From the human T2T-CHM13v2.0 reference genome, Homo sapiens, in assembly GCF_009914755.1 (NCBI RefSeq), contig NC_060927.1: 64,000 nucleotides of DNA. The stretch is one strand, 5' to 3'. Shown here piece by piece: positions 42,322 through 56,780 of this stretch. Each line of letters starts with the position of its first letter. The stretch's first letter is position 1. The notes beneath the pieces are model-generated. The model ran no database searches. It was not told the origin of the DNA and saw nothing but the letters and a program-made list of their open reading frames with translations. The translations under genes were made by a program, and so were the position numbers.

Positions 42322-42614
42322 TGAAGTTGAAGAGACTACAAGTAGTATCAGAAAGTATGGCATTTATAGCCACCACCTTAACTTTCATTGGCATTACAAG
42401 CAAACTTAGGGATATAGAGATACCAGGGACTTACACCATCCAAGGAAGGAAGGTCTAGGAACATGATGTGCCTTTATCATATTTAAGGTGTTCTTTATAA
42501 GAATACATTATAAGAGATTTTCTCATAATCTTTGAGGGCAGTTAAAAGTATTGTTAATTGGTTTTAGGGAAATTACCATAGCTGCTAGGCACTCAGAGGG
42601 AGAAAAAAAGGTCA

Positions 42615-42698
42615 GTATATTTTGTACAGAGCAAACTTATATTTTTGTACAGTGATATATTTTGTATACAGTGAAATATATTTGTATACAGCAAAACT
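42615..42698. repeat. Degenerate ~20-bp tandem repeat, about 4 copies
   Basis: Repeated tatattttgta(ta)cag. Confidence 0.7.
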
Positions 42699-44370
42699 GT
42701 TACCCAGTTTTCATGCCCTATTTAAGGCAGTCTTAGAGATTCTGTTCCCTTAGGAGATCATATGAATGTACACCAACCCTGCTGTCAGGCATTATTGATT
42801 GGACAGAAGAGGACATCTCATTCCAGTTGACTCAGCGATTTCCTCTCCGGGAAATCTGTGGTTTGGACCCAGAAGTTCTAGTTAGTGTCATAGGGACTTA
42901 TAGTGTATGGCCTTCCATGTTTACTCAGAGACAGAGGGAGGCTGTCTACAGAAAGGCAGATTAAAGGAGGTAGATGCTCAGAACTACCAGGAAAGGACTG
43001 ACTCTGGTAGATATGATCAGCAGGAGTGAGAAAGGGAGACTGAGAAAGAATGACAGAGATTGGGAAAGACAGATGGAGACTAATGTGATCCCAAACTGCT
43101 TGCTTCTTGTATTTCTTGAACTTATCTTCCATAAGTTACCCTTATATGCTAGGAAAAGTTATTTATTTTTGTGTTTTTATCCAATTTATGTGAGTTTATT
43201 ACTCTCAGTAATATAATTCTTGAGTATGTATACATCAGATAAACAGTTAAAACATTCCTTTCAAACTACAATGCCTGCCATATAGTAGACATTTGACAAT
43301 ATTTTTGGTGAATAAAACAAATTTTCTATGCATCTAGCTACCAAAATTTATTGTATACTTACTACATTGTATGTATATATGTACATGTATTAGGTATATA
43401 CATATATATGTACATATTTGTCTGTGTAGCTGTATATGCACTATATTTTTAGGGAATTCCCTTAAAGACATTTAACTAGTAATACCACTTTCTTATGCTC
43501 TTCCCATGCTGAAAACAACAAAAACTGCCTAGTAATATGTCTTTTGCATATTGATTAAGTGCATATGTTCTTGTGCCAGACTGACTGAAATGTTGTGAGG
43601 CTTAAATGAGTTAATTTATGTGCAGAACTTGGAACCATTTCCCACATATAACATATAATAAGCATTCAAAACTATCACAGCTTATTATTACACTATAATG
43701 CTTATTATCATTAGGATTCTTATATAATAAGTATGCAAAGCTGTTGTTGTTATTATTAGAAAGTTGGTTTAGTCCCTAGAAAACTTGGTAGAAGTCTTTA
43801 AGCAGAGAGAGATACAAACCTAAAGACCAAATCTACATTTTCAAAGATGCATAGGCTGTTTATATTTAGAAGACAAACAAAGCCAGATGAAATATAAAAG
43901 TGGTAAGTGTAGAATGAAGATTGCTTCTGCTTGAGAACCAAAGTCAGTGGTGGAACATGGAATTGGAGAAGATGGGACAAAACTGAAGCAAGCAGTGCTT
44001 GCTTCAGTTTGGCAACATGGCAAACAAAGGCCCCGTGACTCTAAACCCTTTGAACTGCTTCATGCAAACTTATGAAGAGACTGTTGGGCATCCTTTCTGG
44101 AAGAAAGATGAGAGCAATGTGGGATCATGGGTAACCAATATAGCCAGAGACTTGGAAAATATAAATATGACTCAAGCATAATGCCTCCTTTATTATTACT
44201 CAGGCTATGAGACCTAAGTGGCCAAAGAAATGAGGCGTCTAAGAGTATATCCTTTTCATTATGCTGTTCATTCATTTTAATTTATTCTTCTAATCATTAG
44301 AGTACTTAAGGTAGCCATGTATTATTATTTAATGTGCTTCCCAGGGAGTTTAAGAATGTCATAGAATAAG

Positions 44371-44530
44371 TGGGGGTGAACTTTTCTGTAAAAGATCAGA
44401 TAGATAGTAAGTACTTTAGGTTTTGTAGGCAGTAGGTGCTCTGTTACAGTGACTCAACTTTTCATACAATTGTGGTATAAAAACAGCCAATAACAGCACA
44501 AAAATGAATGTGTGCCTGTGATCCAATAAT
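44371..44530. mobile_element. MER58A-like hAT element, truncated
   Basis: 'aacttttctgtaaaagatcagatag...taggttttgtaggc...aatgaatgtgtgcctgtgatccaataa'. Confidence 0.75.
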
Positions 44531-44628
44531 TTTTAAAAATATATTTTTGACTCTTTCTATGTGATCCTGCTAAGGCTTACCAAATAAACACACTGTAATT
44601 TATTTTTTATTGATTTATATATTTACAG

Positions 44629-45979
44629 TTTTTTTTTTAATTTTACTTTAAGTTCTGGGATACATGTGCAGAACGTGCAGGTTTGTTACATAGGTATACA
44701 TGTACCATGGTGGTTTGCTGTACCTATCAACTTGTCATCTAGGTTTTAAGCCCCACATTAGGTATTTGTCCTAATGCTCTCCCTCCCCTTGCCCCCAACC
44801 CTGACAGGCCCCAGTGTGTGATGTTCCCCTCCCTGTGTCCATGTGTTCTCACTGTTCAACTCCCACTTATGAGTGAGAACATGTGGTGTTTGGTTTTCTG
44901 TTCCTGTGTTAGTTTGTTGAGGATGATCGTTTCCAGCTTCATCCGTGTCCCTGCAAAGGACATGAACTCATCCTTTTTTATGGCTGCATAGTATTCCATG
45001 GTGTATATGTGCCACGTTTTCTTTATCCAGTCTATCACTGATGGGCATTTGGGTTGGCTCTAAGCCTTTGCTATTGTGAATAGTGCTGCAATAAACACGT
45101 GTGCATGTGTCTTTATAGTAGAATGATTTATAACCCTTTGGGTATATACCCAGTCATGATATTCCTGGGTAAAATGGTATTTCTGGTTCTAGATGCTTGA
45201 GGAATCACCACACTGTCTTCTACAATGGTTGAACTAATTTACTCTCCCTCCAACAGTGTAAAAGTGTTCCTGTTTCTCCACATCCTCTCCAGCATCTGTT
45301 GTTTCCAGACTTTCTAATGATCACCATTCTAACTGGCATGAGATGATATCTCATTGTGGTTTTGATTTGCGTTTCTCTAATGACCAGTGATGATCAGCTT
45401 TTTTTCATATGTTTGTTGGCCACATAAATATCTTCTTTTGAGAAGAGTCTGTTCATATCCTCTGCTCACTTTTTGATGGGGTTGTTTGTGTTTTTCTTGT
45501 AAATTTGTTTAAGTTCTTTGTAGATTCTGGATATTAGCCCTTTGTCAGATGGATAGTTTATAAAAATTTTCTCCCATTCTGTAGGTTGCCTGTTTACTCT
45601 GATAATAGTTTCTTTTGCTGTGCAGAAGCTCTTTAGTTTGATTAGATCTCATTTGTCAATTATGGCTTTTGTTGCAATTGCTTTTGGTGTTTTATTCATG
45701 AAGTCTTTGCCTATGCCCATGACCTGAATGGTATTGCCTGGATTTTCTTCTAGGGTTTTTATGGCTTTAGGTCTTATGTTTAAGTCTTTAATCTATCTTG
45801 AGTTAATTTTTGTATAAGGCATAAGGAAAGGGTCCAGTCTCAGTTTTCTGCATATGGCTAGCCAGTTTTCACAACACCATTTATTAAATAGGGAATCCTT
45901 TCCCCATTGCTTGTTTTTGTCAGGTTTTTCAAAGATCAGATAGTTGTAGATGTGTGGTGTTATTTCTGAGGTCTCTATT
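44629..45979 (-). mobile_element. L1PA7/8-like 3' ~1.35 kb
   Basis: Poly-T, then ttaagttctgggatacatgtgcagaacgtgcagg...ctaggttttaagcccc; continuous antisense ORF2 end. Confidence 0.93.
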
Positions 45980-46190
45980 GCTTATTCTCTAATTGCTGAT
46001 AGAGTGAGAAAGTCCACACCATCAGAGGATGTATCTAAGAGGACAAAGGCAAGTAATTATCATGATCAGGTTCAAGTCATATCTCAGAAGTGGTATAAAA
46101 GAGAGGTAAGAGCTGAAATAAGAGGTGTCACTCTGAAACTCTCATACATGTGGAGAAGTAGGTCTTCAGCAAATCTGGGCCAGAAAATAG

Positions 46191-46569
<379 letters not shown>

Positions 46570-47309
46570 AAAAACAGTAAATAATTCTAACCAACCAAAG
46601 GAAATATTGACTGCATCTTAATATAAGGCAGAGTCAATAGACTATGAATATATGACAGACAATTTGTGTATTTGAAGCCCCCAGCACAGAGCCTGCACTC
46701 AGAAAATACTTAATAAATGTTTGTCCAAGGATATCCATCAAGTAGCAACAAGAAATCTGATCCACCCATAACAACAGAGAATTCAGGTGGTAGTCATCAT
46801 TAAACAGTCTGTCCATAAGTAGAAGATGCCTAGTACAAAATATGGTATCATAACAGAGTCTAGAAAATAAGAACACAAAAGACAAGAAGAACTTTGGGAA
46901 CATCCTGGGGTAAAAAATTGTATTTCAGTCTTCAAAATGGGGCTCATTCAAGAAATAGATAAAATGAGAAGTACAAACCCAGGTAGAATTCCAGAGCCGG
47001 TCAACACTGGAAGAGAAGGGGTCACAGGAATTAATGTGTCTTAAGAAAATATGGGCATCTTATTTCTACAGTGCTAGATTCTGAATCTTGTTGATAAGAA
47101 AAGGGAACTAACTAAAGAGGATCCAAGGAAAGTCATCTATCAAGTGTGACTGAAGAATTGACTTTTAAGCCTAGAAGAAATTTTTAATTCCAAAACTCAG
47201 TAAGGTTGATGATATATTTTCATGTCAGGGAAAAATGGAGATTACAGGCAGAGGCATCCTATAGATGTAGCCAATAGCTGTAGAAGGTACAGGTTAAGAT
47301 GTTAAAATA

Positions 47310-47570
47310 CAGTGTAATCACTAAGACCACGGATTTTTAGAGCCAGATAACCCTGGATTGAGACCTGAACTCTGCCATTTATTGGCCCTATCTAATAGTC
47401 ATTTTTGCTCTTAAACAGGTTATTTAATATTTATCCTCAGTTGTCTTGCCTCCAAAATAGGTATAATAATAGCATCTACCTCATAAGATGGCTATGAAGA
47501 TCTAATGAGAAAGCTATGCAAAGTGCTTCATGTCTGTCTGTATAGTAACTGCTCAAGAAAGAATAGGTTT
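47310..47570 (+). mobile_element. MIR SINE
   Basis: 'ttagagccagataaccctggattgagacctgaactctgccattta...cctcagttgtcttgcctccaaaataggtataataatagcatctacctcataag'. Confidence 0.8.
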
Positions 47571-48524
47571 TATTAAGTAGGAAGATAAAAACAAGTAGGG
47601 ATGTGAATTTAGACTTTCCTACATTAATACTTGCTAAAATACACCTAGATTTTTCAAAAATATACATCTAGGACCACCAAGACAATTTTTACATTTTCTT
47701 TCTAGTTTTGACAAGAGTCAATACTGTTGTACTTTGCAACTTTTAGTAAAGGCAGTTTCCGGGACAGATTGAGAGCCTCCAGCAATCAGAAACCATTCCA
47801 TGGGTTTGAGTGGAAGCTTAGTGGTTTCTCCACTGTTGGGCAGACTGGCAAGTTTCCAGTTTGAGGAAAAATAGATGAGCTCTAGAAGTGCAAGGAAGAA
47901 TGTTTTTCCCAAAATAACATTTTCAGAATCAGCGCCTGATCTTTCTTATATTTTTCCTGAAGCCAAGAAAGGAGCCAAGCATGAAATGGTCATCCATCCT
48001 TAGAAGGTTACTTGTCAAAATAGTTCTCCTAGGCCTGTTATTGTTTTAATCTGACATTAATCTGTCAAAACAACACTAGCATGTCTCAGTATTCAATGTA
48101 TTGGTGGATTCACCTAACTGCAGCTTTTATACATCAGTGTTTTCTATGGGCATGGTGAACCCTCCCCAACAGCAAGAGGATCAATTTGGGCAGAAGACAG
48201 AGGAAAACAGTATGGAGAGAGCACCCTTTAGCCTTCCACATCTTCCTGCCCACAGTGGGCTTCAGAGACACATCAGAGAAAATATTTTTTATTTTGTCAA
48301 CCAAGTAATTAATCAGAGAGTAAAAAATACTAGTAAATGGCATATTGCCTGCTACTAAATGCCTTTTGGAGAAAATTAAAACCTAAACTTAAGTGCTATG
48401 AGACCTAGTCACAAGTGGCATTTTATTTTTTAATGTATTTCTAGATTTAGGATGGTTTGAGCTTCCAACTGAACTGCATTAAACATTTCAAATATGTCTT
48501 TCTTATAAGGCACCTAAAACATCA

Positions 48525-48950
48525 TCCAAGCTACCTGCATGGTAAGATTTACTTTATGCCAAACTTAAATATCTCCTTTAATTTCTTGAACTGTATATAG
48601 AACTGTATATATGTACACACATGTGCATATATATATATATTTGTGTGGTCAAGCTACATTATATATATAGTATATATGTATATACATATGTATATGTATA
48701 TATGTGTATATATGTATATATGTACACACGTGTGTATATATATATTTCTGTGTTCAAGCTACATTGTATATATATGCTACAAGTATGTGTGTGTATATAT
48801 GTATACATATACTTGTGTGTTCAAGCTACATTGTCCAAGCTACCTGCATGGTAAGATTTAATTTATGCCAAATTTAAATATCATCTCCTTTAATTTCTTG
48901 AACTGTATATATGTACACCTGTGTGCATATATATATGTGTGTGTGTGTAA
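48525..48950. repeat. ~110-bp direct duplication around a (TA/TG) tract with short caagctac repeats
   Basis: tccaagctacctgcatggtaagattt...ttcttgaactgtatata at 48525 and 48834. Confidence 0.88.
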
Positions 48951-48951
48951 A

Positions 48952-49461
48952 TATATATCCTATTGGTTCTGTTTCTCTGGAACAGATATATTCTAGATAT
49001 ATGCATACATCTAGAAAGAGACTTATATAAGGTATTGGCTCACAAAATTATGGAGGCTGAGAACTCTCACAATCTGCTATCTGCAAGCTGGAGACCAAGG
49101 AATGTCTGTGGTATAGCAGGAAGGCCTGAGAGCCAAGGAGCCAGTGGTGTGGATTCCAGCCTGACTCTGAAAGCCTGAGAACCAGGAATACTCAGGACAG
49201 AAGACTGCTGTTCCAGCCCAATCAGTCAGGTAGAGAGAGGATGAATCCTGCCTTGTTGCACAATTTTGTTTTATTCATGTCCTGCATGGATTAGATGATG
49301 TCAACCCAGATTGGGAAGGGTAATGTACTGTACTCAGCCTATGATTCCAATGCTAATCTCTTCCTGAAACAGTCTCACAGACTCACCCATAAATAATGTT
49401 GAACCAGGTATCTCAGCATCCTGTGGCCCAGTCAAGTTGACACATAAAATTAACTATCATA
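48952..49461 (-). mobile_element. MLT2B-like ERVL LTR with its terminal piece inverted
   Basis: 'attggctcacaaaattatggaggctgagaac...tgcaagctggagacc...cccagtcaagttgacacataaaattaac'. Confidence 0.85.
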
Positions 49462-50129
49462 GAAAGAAAACAAAATGTTTAGTTTCCATGTTTACTAATT
49501 TGGAGTGGTCAAACATAAGATGCACATAGCTTCCAGATACTCTGACACTTAAATTATGCTTTCATCTTGCAGAATCAATATGGCCACTTATCATTAAACA
49601 GTCACTCAGAAGGAAAATAACAACACAAGGACATTTCATCTGAATTTTCTCTTGGACCTTCTACATCAGAATCAACAGGAGTAATACTAAAAATGATGAT
49701 ACTTTTGGGCCAACCAAAACTTCATTAATTATAAGATCTTGAGTTTGAACTCAGGAATCTGCTCATTGGCAAATATTTTACCCAATTCTTGTACACTATA
49801 GAAAGTAAGAGCCAATAATTTAGAGATTCTGTTCTGACACTATTCGATGTTCAAAGAAGAGAATTTTAAAAATCAAATTGCATAAAATTTGTAATTTATT
49901 TTTGCCCATAATTTTGGTATATTTCATTGATTATTTTATTATATTAAAATATTATATTTGTCATTCCCTAAAACCAAATTAAAATTTTTATTCTGAACCA
50001 AATATGCAAATTTCAATATCTCTTCTTATTAATGCCATATGTATATATTACACTTCAGATTTCAAAAATATTTAACTTGTCCACCAAAGAATTAAAAATT
50101 TAATAAAACTTTAATGAAAATTTATTAGG

Positions 50130-50450
50130 TACTGGAAAAGAGGACCCAGGAGACTTTGATCTTTCAGAGAACGAATATTCTATACTTTCTCTGGCTTTAA
50201 TTCAGCAGTTACTTCCAAGAATTCAGTGCCACGAAGAAGGACTGAAACAAGCATGGCCGTATTTTTGAGTTGAGGAAATAGAGATTAGAGTATGAGAAAG
50301 CTAAGGCAGGAAGAAGTTTTAGGCTAGGGAACTGGAAGGAGAGAGTTATGCAGAGAAAGTTCTCCAAAACTCTGTATAGGGGCTTGCTTGGATCTGTTGC
50401 TAAATATCAAGCCATAGATGCATACAGTAAAACTCTGTGATAACAAGCCA

Positions 50451-50500
<50 letters not shown>

Positions 50501-52410
50501 ATCAGAAAGTGGTAATCTAAATAATTCCTAAGCTTACACAGGAGTAAGAGACATTCATCTTACAACCAGCCAGAGGTTAGAATCCTCATCAAAAGCTCAA
50601 AGATTCATTAGAGACCTCAGAAAGGTCCATCCTTAATAGTAATCTCAAACTATTATAGTCCTGGAGAAAAGCATATCATATAACTTTCCTAACAAAGATT
50701 AAAACTAACCCCCCAAAATCAAGTTGATTGGCAAGTAACTTACCTATCTGCCAGAATAAATTTCAACAGTTGTTAAAAGAATATAACTGAATCTGGACAC
50801 TCATCCATATAATATAAAAATGGCCAGCATCTGATCTAAAATTAACAAATATAGATACACAGAAAAATGACTTTCATAACCAGGAGAAACATCTATACAT
50901 AAAAACATATAAATGATAGATATAAAGGAACTAGTAGACAATTACTTCAAAATAATGTATCTAATATGAAAACAGTAACTGGGTGCACTTATTAGCATAC
51001 TTGTTGTGAAGTACAGATCAGTGAATTTGAAGTCATAACAATATAAACAATCCAAACTGAAGCACAGAGAAATAAAACTAAAAAAGTGAAATAAACAAAG
51101 CCTTAATGATTTGTAGAACAATATCAAGTGGTCAACCAAACATGTATTTTTATTGCAAATTTAAAAAAAGAGTGGTCCAAAAATATGTAAAGAAATATAG
51201 TCAAAATTAGTTTTGAAACTGATGAAAATGATAAACTTACAAATCCAAGAAGTTTAATGAACCCTAAGCAAGATAAACAGCAGACCTGCACTATAAGACA
51301 TCTTCAAGGAAGTTCTTCAGGTGGGAACATGTACCTTAGAAAAGCAATAAAGGATGGTTAAAGTGTGAAAAAAATAGAAAATTTTTTTTCTCATTTAAAA
51401 AATTGTTAAAATAGAGAGAGCCTATTGCATAATAACTATAACAATGAATTGCAAGATATAGGAAAGTAAAATCTATGACAAGAATAGTACAAGTATGGGG
51501 GAAGGAAATGAAAGCACATTGCAGTAAGATGCATACATCATACATACGTGAAGTGCTATAATAATATTTTAATATAGATTGAAGATAGCTCATAATATAT
51601 TAAAATTTTACATCGTAAGTCTGAAGCAACCATTACAAAGAAAAACAGAGATATAACTTATAAGTCAACAATGAATGTAAAACTAAGTATTAAAAAGTCT
51701 GAATGAAAAGACAGGAAAATGATAAAAAAATGAATGAAGATCAGTTGCAACAAATATAAAACAAATAGAATGATGGTAGACTTAAACACCTCCAGATAAA
51801 AAAGTTAAATATAAATAGTTCATATACTTCAAATAAAAGGCAGTGGTTGTCAGACTGATAAAAAAGGCAGCATGCATCTTTGTACTATATTTACAATAAT
51901 TGCATTTAAAATATGTAGCACACATATTTTAAAAAGGAAAAGAATGAAAAATGATATACAATACAACGGAGTAATTATAAGAAAGTGTGAGTGGCTACTG
52001 AATATTAGAACAGTCTTTAGTTCAAAGAATTTGACCATTCATAAAGATAGACATTCAATAATGATAAAAGGGTCAATTTATTAAGAGAAGTAACAACCCT
52101 AAATGATTATGCACATAACAGAAATGCCCCAAAATGTAGAAAGCAAATACTGATAGCGCTCAAAGGAGAAATAGACATACAATTATAGTATAGAACTTTA
52201 ACCCTCCTTTCTGGGAAATTGATAGAACCGGTAGACGTAAATCAGTAAGAATACAGAGCATTTGACCTTCACTATGCATCCAGTGACTTAGTGAACATTT
52301 ATAGAACACGTCACTCAATAATAGTAGAATGCATATTCTTTTCAAGTGCACACAAAATGTTATTAAGTTACATAATATGATGAATAATAAAATAGATCTC
52401 AATATATTTT
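50130..52410 (+). mobile_element. Ancient L1M 5' region/ORF1/endonuclease remnants
   Basis: 'caaatccaagaagtttaatgaaccctaagcaagataaa', 'aataatgataaaagggtcaattta' and 'attcttttcaagtgcacac'. Confidence 0.7.
50455..50496. repeat. (CA)21 perfect microsatellite
   Basis: Direct count. Confidence 0.95.
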
Positions 52411-52414
52411 TAAT

Positions 52415-52862
52415 ATGAAGACATAAAACTTTTGATCAGAGATGAAGAAATTTATTCTTCACAGCGATAGCAGTAGCTAGGGTATCAGTGTATCTTTTTG
52501 GTCAGCTCTCTCAACCCTAATTTCTGCAGGTGATACAAAGACAACCAATTGACACATTAACCTATGCTGCATTTTTTTTTTTTACAGGAGAAGAACCCTG
52601 AGCCTAGAAAATCTGAAGCATTTCTAAGGAGTATTAAGCATATGCAACAAATATGCTTCTATGCTCCAGGGAAGACATTATAGTTACCATCTAAGCCTGT
52701 AAGAAAATATGCCCTTTGCTCTAAAGAAAGATATTATCTTTATCATCTTTTGAGGATGGTCACTATAGAAACATCTGTGAAAAAATAATCCAGAGGAAAG
52801 GCAATCAGTGCAACAAAATGTGCAGAAACACGAGTGATGGGTGGAAAATTGTCTAGCCATAA
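52415..52862 (-). mobile_element. MER54/MER74-like ERVL LTR
   Basis: The reverse strand starts 'tatggctagacaattttccacccatcactcgtgtttctgcacat', similar to the tgttgggagacaattctcc...gtttctgcac LTR start. Confidence 0.55.
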
Positions 52863-53089
52863 TCACAATAAAAATTCCATCAGGCAATTTTCTTAGTAGA
52901 AATTAAAAACCAGATTACACAATTTATAAGGTGACACAGTGACTGGGAGTAGCCACAACAATTTTTTGGAAACTTTAAAAATCTTTACTTATTAATTTAT
53001 TTTAAAATTACAATGATAAACCCATTATATGTTGACATAAATTGAATTTATATGAAAAAATAGCTGTTTTCAAAAAATACTGAGTGAGG

Positions 53090-55739
53090 CTTTTAAAATA
53101 ATTTTAACCATTTTGAGTGTTGTTTCAGTGGCATTTAAGAAGATTCACATTGCTGTGCAACAACTGTTAACACCATTCACCTCCATAATTCATTACACCT
53201 TGTAAAATTGAAACTTTGGACATGTTAAATAACTCTTCTTTCCCCTTCTCCCTAGCCCCTGGAAACCATCTTTCTACTTTCTTTTTTTTTTTTTTAAATA
53301 AACTTGATTACTTTACTTACCTGATATAAGTAGAATCAGGCAGTATATGTCCTTGTGTGTCTGTTTCACTTAGCACAATGTCTTCGAGCTTTATCCACGT
53401 TGTAATGTGTGTCAGAACCTACTTTCTTTATAAAGCTAACTAATATTCCTTTGTAAGTGTAGATCATATTGTGTTTATTCATTCACCTATTGATGGACTC
53501 CTAATTTGCTTCCACCTTCAGCTATTGTAAATAATGCTGCCATAAACAGGGATGTACAAATACCTGTTCAAGGTCTTGACTAACATTCTTTTAGGTACCT
53601 AGCTAGAGGAGGAATTGCTGGATTATGTGTTAATTTTATTTTTAATATTTTGAGGAATCATCATACTGTTTCCATAGCAGCTGTACCATTTTACATTCCT
53701 ACTATAAATGTACAAGAGTTGCAATTAAAAAAAAAATCCTTGTCAACATGTTGTTTTCTGCTTTTTTTTTTGTAATAGCCATCCTAGTGGCCTTGGGTTT
53801 AGATTACTTTTTTTTTTTCTATTTCTTTAAGGTATAAGATTAAGTTGTTCATATGGGATTTTTCTTTTTTAAAGCAAGCACTTATAGCTATAAATTTTCC
53901 TCTTAGTACTGTTTTCACTGCATCCCATAAGTTTTGGTATGTTGTGTTTTTATTTTCATTTATTTCAAGACTTCAAATTTCTCTTGTGACTTCTTCTTTA
54001 ATTCATTGGTTGTTTAAGTGTGTGTTGTTTCATCTTCACATTTTTGTGAATTTTCTAGTTCTTGTTCTATTGCTAATTTTCTTCTATTGAGAACAGAAAA
54101 CATACTTTGTATGATTTCATTCTTCTTAAATTTAGTGAAGCTTGTTTTGTGGAAAACATACAGTCTATCCTGGGGAATGTCACACGTGCACTTGAGAAAA
54201 ATATCTATTGCTGAATGATATGTTCTGTGTATGTCTCTTAGATCCAATTGGTCTATGGTGTTGTTCATGTCCTCTATTTCCTTATTGATCTTCTGTCTGG
54301 TTGTTTTACCCATTATTGAAAATGCAGAATTTTTTTCTTGGAGTGTCTCAATTTCTCCCTCATTTTTGAAGGACAGTTTTTTGGATGTAGGATTATCAGT
54401 TGACAGGTTTTACCCCCACCCCTTCTTTCAGTATTTTAAATATGTCAGCCCATTGCCTTCTGGCCTGCACAGTTCCTGCTGCAAAATTCACTAGCAATTT
54501 AATTGAGGATCCCTTATTTTGTGATAAGTTGCTTTTCTCTTGCTACTTCTAAGATTCTCTCTTTGTCTTTGTCTTTTTACAGTTGGTTTATAGTGTGTCT
54601 TGGTATGGGGCTCTGCAGGTTTCTCTTACTTAGAGTTTGTTGAGCTGCTTCTGTTTGTTATCCCCATCTTTCCTCAAATCTGTGAAGTTTTTGGACATTA
54701 TTCCTCCCCATTAACTGTGTATTTTTCTCTTTTTATTCTTCTGAAGTTTCTACAATACATATATTGGTCTACTTAATGGAGGCTCATAAGTTCCTTAGGC
54801 TCTGTTCACTTTTCTTCATTCTCTTTTTTTTTGCTCTTCAGACACAATAATTTCAAATGATCTGCCTTCAAGTTCACTAATTTATTCTCCTGCCTATTCA
54901 AAACTGCTGTTGGACTTCTCTAGTGAATTTTTAAATGTGTTTGTTGCACTTTTTAGCTCTCCAATTTGTTTGATTATTTTTTAATATAATTCCTATCTCT
55001 TTGGTGATGTTATTATTTTGTTCATATATTATATATTTTTCCAGTTTCCTTTAGTATTTTTTTTTGCATTTTCCTTTAGCTCTTTCAGCATATTTAAGAG
55101 AGTCTTAAAGTTTTTGTCTAGTAAGTCTGAAATCTGTGTTTATTTAGGGTCAGTGTCTGGAGACGTATTTTGTTCCTTTGAATAGGCTATGTTTATCTGA
55201 TTTTTCTTTTTTGTTTTTGTATACCTTGTGATCTATTAAAATTGGGTATTTGAAAGAAACAGTCATATCCACTAGCCTTTGCAAACTGGCTATGTGAGGG
55301 AGAAGATGGTCCCTAATCAGTTAGGTAGGGTTCTCTCAGGCTTTTTTTGTGCATTCATCTTCCCCGAGTCTGTGTGTATACTTTTGTTCCAATTATTCTA
55401 AATATATGACTGTTTTTAAATGTGTTAATTTTCCTAAAAATTTCTCCCAGTTGCTTTGTGGAGCCCTTCATGTATACCTCTGCCCTTAATTCTTTCACAA
55501 AGGTGCCCACAGATCTGCAGTTGCCCTGAAGTTGTCCCAAGTCATGATGCTCACTACCAGCTCTGTGGCTTCTAACCTGAGATTCAAACTATGCTGTGGA
55601 CCTTATCTGTGCTCTGGATAAGGCAATAACGGAACTAGTTCACAGACAGGCTAGAAAATTGCAAACATGTTCTACCCTTTTTCTTCTGTTTTGAGGGATG
55701 GAACTGGGAATTGGGTGGCTTTCTACCAATCACATCATG

Positions 55740-55740
<1 letters not shown>
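53090..55740 (-). mobile_element. L1M (L1MB-like) mosaic of 3' end, endonuclease and ORF1/5' pieces
   Basis: Antisense L1 segments with junctions near 53795 and 54325. ORF 54014-54313 (RQKINKEIEDMNNTIDQLDLRDI) is L1 endonuclease-like. Confidence 0.8.

Positions 55741-56780
<1,040 letters not shown>

Noticed and set aside
43999-44181. ORF containing MANKGP (like the transgelin N-terminus) and VTNIARDL (protocadherin-like)
   Set aside because: The matches are only 6-8 residues with no continuing similarity, consistent with chance.
45777-45878. Near-identity with 10684-10786
   Set aside because: Both are the same region of L1 ORF2 in independent L1PA insertions, not a segmental duplication.
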